A stretch of DNA of 64,000 bases from positions 339,450,001 to 339,514,000 of the forward strand of contig OZ024742.1 in the NCBI GenBank assembly GCA_964016885.1. The letters run 5' to 3'. Shown here one piece after another: positions 57,721-64,000 of this stretch. The notes below the pieces were generated by a model that made no database searches, was not told the origin of the DNA, and saw only the letters and a program-made list of their open reading frames with translations. This stretch comes from Eledone cirrhosa. Its lineage: Eukaryota. Position 1 is the stretch's first letter. The number at the start of each line of letters is the position of its first letter. Made by a program: the position numbers and the translations under genes.

Positions 57721-59298
57721 GTGCACGGAACAAGGTTTGGATCTGCATCAGGTTTTTGTCGATCTGACAAAAGCTTTCGATACTGTTAACAGAAATGCAT
57801 TATGGAAGGTTCTCCAGAAACTTGGTTGCCCTGATAAGTTCCTTGCTTTAGTTAGGTCTTTCCATGACGACATGAAGGCTTGGGTTAATGTCGGAGGTAA
57901 TATGTCGGAGCCTATCTCAGTAAAAAATGGAGTGAAACAGGGGGATGTTCCAGCACCGACCCTGTTTGCCATATACTTTGTAATGGTTTTCTGTATTGCA
58001 TTCAGGAATTGCAAGCATGGTGTTTACATCCGATACCTAACCTCAGGCAGCATATTTAACATCAGGTGCTTTGCTGCAAAAACAAAAGTATTTACATCAG
58101 TCATAAGAGACCTCTTGTATGCAGATGAGTGCGATCTTGTAGCGCACACAGAGAGTGATATGCAGCACATTTTGAATGTATTTTCTGACGCTTGCACTGC
58201 CCTAGGATTGACTGTCAGTCTCAAGAAAACCGTCGCAATGTACCAACCTGCCCCTGGTAAGCAGTACATTGAACCAAATATCTATGTGCATGGTAAACGA
58301 CTTGGAGTGGTTGATCAGTTTGTCTACCTGGGAAGCACTGTCAATCGATACAGCAACCTTGATAGTGAAATCTCACTTAGGATTAGGAAAGCAAGTGATG
58401 CTTTCGGAAGCTAGAAAGGCGATTCTGGGGTCGGCGAGACATATGCAAGAAGACAAAGGTAAAGGTGTACAAGGCATGTGTGCTCTCTTCTCTTCTTTAT
58501 GCCTGCGAGACCTGGGTCACATATCGACACCACCTTAAGCAATTGGAGCGTTTCCATCAGATGTGTCTCAGACGGATCCATGGCGTTCACTGGAGGGACC
58601 ACATCAGTGATGTCGAGATTTTGGAAAGCTCTATGTGTGACAGTATAGAAGCTCTTGTGCTTAAGCAACGTCTCCGCTGGAGTGGTCACCTTGCCAGGAT
58701 GAAGGATTCTAGAATACCAAAACAACTCTTTTATAGAGAGTTAGTTAAAGGAAAATGACCGCCACATAAACCAAAAAAGAGGTATAAGGTTTCCTTGAAA
58801 ACCTCTTTGAAAGACGCTAACATCTCTGCTGATATATGGGAAAATGTTGCTGCTGATCGTAATAAATGGAGAAAGACTGTATATGAGGGAAAAGTTGCCT
58901 TTGAGGCATCACGAATCGCATACGAGAAAGTAAAGCGGGATGTGAGGAAAGGCATTGCTGTTGTACTTCCAGACGGCGAGGGTCCTCCTATGGTGCTGGC
59001 ATGCAGCGTCTGTGCGAGACTCTGCCTAAGCAAAGCTGGACTCGAAAGTCATCTTCGCAGTCATAAAGTAAGACCAGTGGTTGACTACCAGGCTGCTGTT
59101 GGAGATGCTACTCATCATGCTTGCCAAGCATGTGGTAGAGAATGTAAATCAGCAGGAGGGCTCAAACGACATGCAAAAGTACATGAGCTCCAACCACAGT
59201 CGACTATTCCCAGTGAATGTTTTGGTTGCCGACTCTGTGCAAGACATTTTAGATCATTGACTGGGCTAAAAAGCCACATTCGATCGCAGCGCTGTTAA
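57720..59298 (+). pseudogene. 5'-truncated RTE (BovB-like) RT with three C-terminal C2H2 zinc fingers
   Basis: VFVDLTKAFDTV, GVKQGDVPAP, LLYADEC, FVYLGS, LLYACETW, RLRWSGHLARM; CSVC..H..H, CQAC..H..H, CRLC..H; two in-frame stops. Confidence 0.9.
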
Positions 59299-59402
59299 TT
59301 GCTATCGTGTGTGTGTGTGTGTGTAGATATGTTTATGTGTGTGCGTGTGTGTGTATATATATATGTATATTATTATTGTTGTTGTCGTTATTATTATTGT
59401 TG

Positions 59403-59505
59403 TTAACTTTGCCTTTCATCCTTACGGGGTCGATAAAATAAAGTACCAGTAATGCACTGGATAATAGCTGGCCTTGTGCCTAAAGTAGAAACAATTATTA
59501 TTATT
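59403..59505 (+). mobile_element. 5'-truncated S1 SINE
   Basis: TTAACTTTGCCTTTCATCCTTACGGGGTCGATAAAATAAAGTACCAG..AAAGTAGAAACAATT. Confidence 0.85.
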
Positions 59506-59529
59506 ATTGTTATTATTATGTTTATTTTT

Positions 59530-61265
59530 CTCGTGCAATGGCCATCCTCCATAACGAGGTGGCAGCCATCATGTATGTATGTATGTTTGTACGTATGTAT
59601 GTATGTATGTATGTATGTATGTATGTATGTATGTATGTATGTATGTATGTATGTATGTATGTATGTATGTATGTATGCATGTATGTATGTATGTATGTAT
59701 GTATGTATGTATGTATGTATGTATGTATGTTTGTATATATGTATGTATGTATATAAGTATGTATGTATGTTTTGTACGTATGTATGTATGATGACCCCAT
59801 AGCCTTTGTCAAGGCAGAATTCTAGGAGAAGGAAAACTCTGATATAACACCTGCAACCCTGATGGTATCCAATGATGTTGACTTGTTCTTCTTTTTGGTA
59901 AATATCATCTTGGTTAAGAGAGTGGGACTGGCTTTGTGTAGTGCCTTTGCTCACTATAAAAGCTTCACGGCACAGGCATTGCTTTATATCTGGAGATCTC
60001 TCTGCACTTGTCGTCACATGGTACCATGGGCCCAGCACTATGTGTAAATAATTGTCACAAGTGTAGTGTTTGTACCAGAGTTTTCAAGTCGCTGGCTGGA
60101 CTAAAAAGTCACACTCGTTCAGGGCATCGGTAGGGGTTCTCCTACATGGATATAAAGTAGTGGTCGTACTCGAAAACGAGTTGGCAGCCACCATGTATAT
60201 ATGTATGTATATATGATAGTATATCAGGTCGCTCTCGAATACTACTGGTAACATGTAACCCAGTACAACCTGTGCATGGTCAGGTTGTTGGCAACTAAAC
60301 CGGCAACCCCACCAAGCTTGCTTATTGAGAAGAGTGATTTTGGACACCCTGTGGGATGAAAAACAAGACCCAGCAAAGGGCGGAGGAACTCAGCAGAGTC
60401 AACGGCCATCCAAATAATACTTGCTGTTACAACACCTTTCTAAGAGAGGGAACTATGAGAAAAAAAAAAAACCTGCGACTTTGGAAGCATCCGATGATGG
60501 TGACCAGTTCTCCTTTTCGGGTAGTGTTTGCGATGCTCAGAGAGTGGGATTGGTCGAGTGCAAGGCCTTTCCCCACTTAAAAAACCTTCAAAGCACAGGC
60601 ATTGTTTGTTCAGGATATGTTATAGGTTCCTGTGGCTGGCCCTATCCTAAAAGTGCACCAAACTTTATAATCTGACAAGCGATTGCAATATGCTGAGCAG
60701 AGTAGTTGGTGAGGAAGGTGATTTTGCACACCCTGCAGGACAATAAACAAAAGCTGACAAATGGCGGAAGAACTCATGAGTCAACGGCCATCCAAAAAAA
60801 ATGTGTAAATATGTATGTACATGTGTATGTATGTATGTATGTATGTATGTATGTATGTATGTATGTATGTATGTATGTATGTATGTATATGCGTGCGTTC
60901 ATATGTGTATATATGCGTGGGGACATAGAAATAATCGGGCTGGATACCCGATCCCGCAGTTAAACCACTGGGAGTGAAGGACCCCTAGCCTTTGTCAGGG
61001 CTTCTTCTAGGAGAAGGCAAGTCAGGAAACTGGGATAACTCCGATATAAAACTTGCGACTCAGTAGTTACCGATGATGTTGATCTTTACTTCTTTTCGGA
61101 TTATAGCTACTGTCGCTCAGAGAGTGGGATTGACTCAGTGCACAGTCTTTCTTCATTTTCAAAAAATCTTTGCGCTCAGGCATTGCACGATAGAATTAAT
61201 TAATAATTACTAATAATAGTATATCGTGCAATGGCCATACTCGATAACGAGGGGGCAGCCATCAT
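59530..61265 (+). mobile_element. Cluster of short modules related to RTE 5' UTRs, interleaved with (ATGT)n
   Basis: 60224-60420 matches the 5' UTR at 45827-46035; a module ending GAGAGTGGGA..CAGGCATTG recurs at ~59792, 60470 and 60980; GGCCAT..ACGAG..GGCAGCC-like module at ~59540, 60162 and 61233. Confidence 0.6.
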
Positions 61266-61340
61266 ATATGTATGTATGTATGTTTGTACGTATGTATATA
61301 TGTATATATGTATGCATATTTGTACGTATATATATATATA

Positions 61341-61725
61341 TAATATAAGATCAAAAGATGGTTAAAAGAGTTCCAAATATTTTATTTTGCGCATTTCAAA
61401 AACAAATATCATCATGGGATGATATCTGCGTTCTCATCAGATAAAATAGGGAGACATGATATGAAGCTTAAAAAACACTTGTGAATAGTGAAGCTTTAAA
61501 TCATCATATTTCACTATTCACAAGTGTTTTTTAAGCTTTATATAATGTCTCCCTATTTTATCTGATGAGAACGCAGATATCATCCAATGATGATATTTGT
61601 TTTTGAAATGCGCATAATAAAATACTTGGAACTCTTTTAACCATCTTTTGATCTTATATTATTTATACTCCAGTCCTACAAACTGTAGAGTGCTACTTAT
61701 CCGATATTTGCATTGCTTTATTGTG
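61341..61725 (+). mobile_element. Family A fold-back element (arms 61341-61492 / 61510-61661) with tail
   Basis: ~150-bp inverted repeat; tail stem-loop ACTC-CAGT..ACTG-TA-GAGT at 61667-61691. Confidence 0.85.
61554..61624 (+). ncRNA. Type I hammerhead ribozyme
   Basis: tattttat-CTGATGA-gaacgcagatatcatc.caat.gatgatatttgttttt-GAAA-tgcgca-TA-ataaaata; the mirror copy at 61378-61448 has lost U16.1. Confidence 0.85.
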
Positions 61726-62976
61726 GAACTCGTGCGCCGATTTTTCGATACTCGATCATTCTAATATTTTTAGCTCTGGACATAGCTATCCACCAGTTAA
61801 TTTTATTGCTCATTTTTTGTCGATTCTATTGAGTGATGAATAGCTCCTGTTTTATTTTAACATGTCTATTGAGCACTTTTATTCGATATGTGTATTTCCA
61901 CATTTCCTCGAATAGTTTTCGCGGATGTAGAGGTTATCTCCCTTGCCGAGTTCCATGTGCGTATTTTGCCTGGGTTTAGCCATCTTATCCGTTCGGACGA
62001 AGCGCGTTGAAGAAGTAAATTTCCAGTCCGCTTATTCTAGAAGTCTTATATATTTATATGTGAGCTGATAGAGTACAGTCTAAGGATTTACAGAAACCCA
62101 AGAAGCTAGATTTAACACCTTTCTAGTGGGTCCGGGTATGATTTTACATTCATTTAAATTATTGATTTATTGATATTTTTTATCTGATTGTCCCGAATCT
62201 TCTGTTATCGATTTTTTATCGTGCGGTTGATTTTAGACTTGTTCTATGTGTGACGGTATTTTAACGATAGTTATGGCTCTGATTTATCTGAATTATTGAG
62301 CCCTCTGCCGCTCATTTCGAATTTTGTTTATCGTGAACTCGTGCGCCGATTTTTCGATACTCGATCATTCTAATATTTTTAGCTCTGGACATAGCTATCC
62401 ACCAGTTAATTTTATTGCTCATTTTTTGTCGATTCTATTGAGTGATGAATAGCTCCTGTTTTATTTTAACATGTCTATTGAGCACTTTTATTCGATATGT
62501 ATATTTCCACATTTCCTCGAATAGTTTTCGCGGATGTAGAGGTTATCTCTCTTGCCGAATTCCATGTGCGTATTTTGCCTGGGTTTAGCCATCTTATCCG
62601 TTCGGACGAAGCTCGTTGAAGAAGTAAATTTCCAGTCCGCTTATTCTAGAAGTCTTATATATTTATATGTGAGCTGATAGAGTACAGTCTAAGGATTTAC
62701 AGAAACCCAAGAAGCTAGATTTAACACCTTTCTAGTGGGTCCGGGTATGATTTTACATTCATTTAAATTATTGATTTATTGATATTTTTTATCTGATTGT
62801 CCCGAATCTTCTGTTATCGATTTTTTATCGTGCGGTTGATTTTAGACTTGTTCTATGTGTGACGGTATTTTAACGATAGTTATAGCTCTGATTTATCTGA
62901 ATTATTGAGCCCTCTGCCGCTCATTTCGAATTTTGTTTATCGTGAACTCGTGCGCCGATTTTTCGATACTCGATCA

Positions 62977-62985
<9 letters not shown>
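61726..62985. repeat. 609-bp tandem repeat, ~2.07 near-identical copies
   Basis: GAACTCGTGCGCCGATTTTTCG at 61726, 62335 and 62944. Confidence 0.93.
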
Positions 62986-63028
<43 letters not shown>

Positions 63029-63263
63029 TACGTATGCATGCATGCATATTTGTATGTATACCACATAAAATCGAACTGACGGCAAAGTTTAAATCATGGG
63101 AGCCCAAAGTTTCTAAACTGAATAAAAGATGTAACTGTTGAGGTTCTAAGAGAGACATGATAGAGCACGTCAGGAAGTGGCGAGACTTTAACACTTTCTC
63201 GGAGAGAGAGAGAGTTAAAAATATAGAACAATAATGTTATGTAATGAATAGTAATATTACTAG

Positions 63264-64000
63264 TCTCTCTCTCACTCCTTACCTCTCTCTCTCTCTTCTT
63301 ACCTCTCTCTCTCCTTACCTTTCTCTCTCTCCTTACCTCTCTCTCTCCTTACCTCTCTCTCTCCTTACCTTTCTCTCTCTCCTTACCTCTCTCTCTCTCA
63401 TTACCTCTCTCTAACTCCTTACCTTTCTCTCTCTCCTTACCTCTCTCTCTCCATACCGCTCTCTCTCTCTTCTTACTTCTCTCTCTCCTTACCTCTATCT
63501 TTCTATACCTCTCTCTCTCTCCTTATCACTCTCTCTCTCATTATCTCTCTCTCTCTCCTTACCTCTCTCTCTCTACTTACCTCTCTCTCTCTCCTTATCT
63601 TTCTCTCTCTCCTTACCTCTCTCTCTCCTTACCTTTCTCTCTCTCCTTACCTCTCTCTCTCCTTACCTCTCTCTCTCCTTACCTTTCTCTATCTCCTTAC
63701 CTCTCTCTCTCTCTCATTACCTCTCTCTCTCCTTACCTCTATCTTTCTATACCTCTCTCTCTCTCCTTATCACTCTCTCTCTCATTATCTCTCTCTCTCC
63801 TTACCTCTCTCTCTCTACTTACCTCTCTCTCTCTCCTTATCTTTCTCTCTCTCCTTACCTCTCTCTCTCCATACTGATCTCTCTCTCTTCTTACCTCTCT
63901 CTCTCCTTACCTCTATCTCTCTATATATATCTCTCTCTCTCCTTATCACTCTCTCTCTCCTTATCTCTCTCTCTCTATTTAGCTCTCTGTCTCCTTACCC
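63264..64000. repeat. CT-rich minisatellite (CTTACCTCTCTCTCT)n
   Basis: Direct reading. Confidence 0.92.

Overview
Gene-poor, AT- and microsatellite-rich animal DNA. The SINE/LINE content resembles a cephalopod such as octopus, which is inference. I see no host protein-coding exon, and all very long ORFs in the track (poly-V, poly-L, poly-T, YIYI) are simple-repeat artefacts. The window holds decayed non-LTR retrotransposons: a Tx1-clade family always abutting (GATA)n, including a 7-copy head-to-tail array, a near full-length RTE, a second RTE with three C-terminal C2H2 fingers, and a CR1. It also holds tRNA-derived SINEs, probable Helitron remnants, very large GGT/GTT/CAC arrays and two Naiad-type Penelope-like GIY-YIG fragments. 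The most striking signal is roughly 20 short non-coding insertions in (TA)n tracts. They belong to several sequence-unrelated families but share one architecture: inverted arm, fold-back, direct arm, unique tail. Many carry minimal type I hammerhead ribozymes with palindromic stem III. The tails begin with a covarying stem-loop, RCTC-stem-loop-stem-TN-GAGY, sitting just after the point where the inverted arm stops. All structures were read by eye, and coordinates are good to a few nt (tens of nt for decayed element ends).
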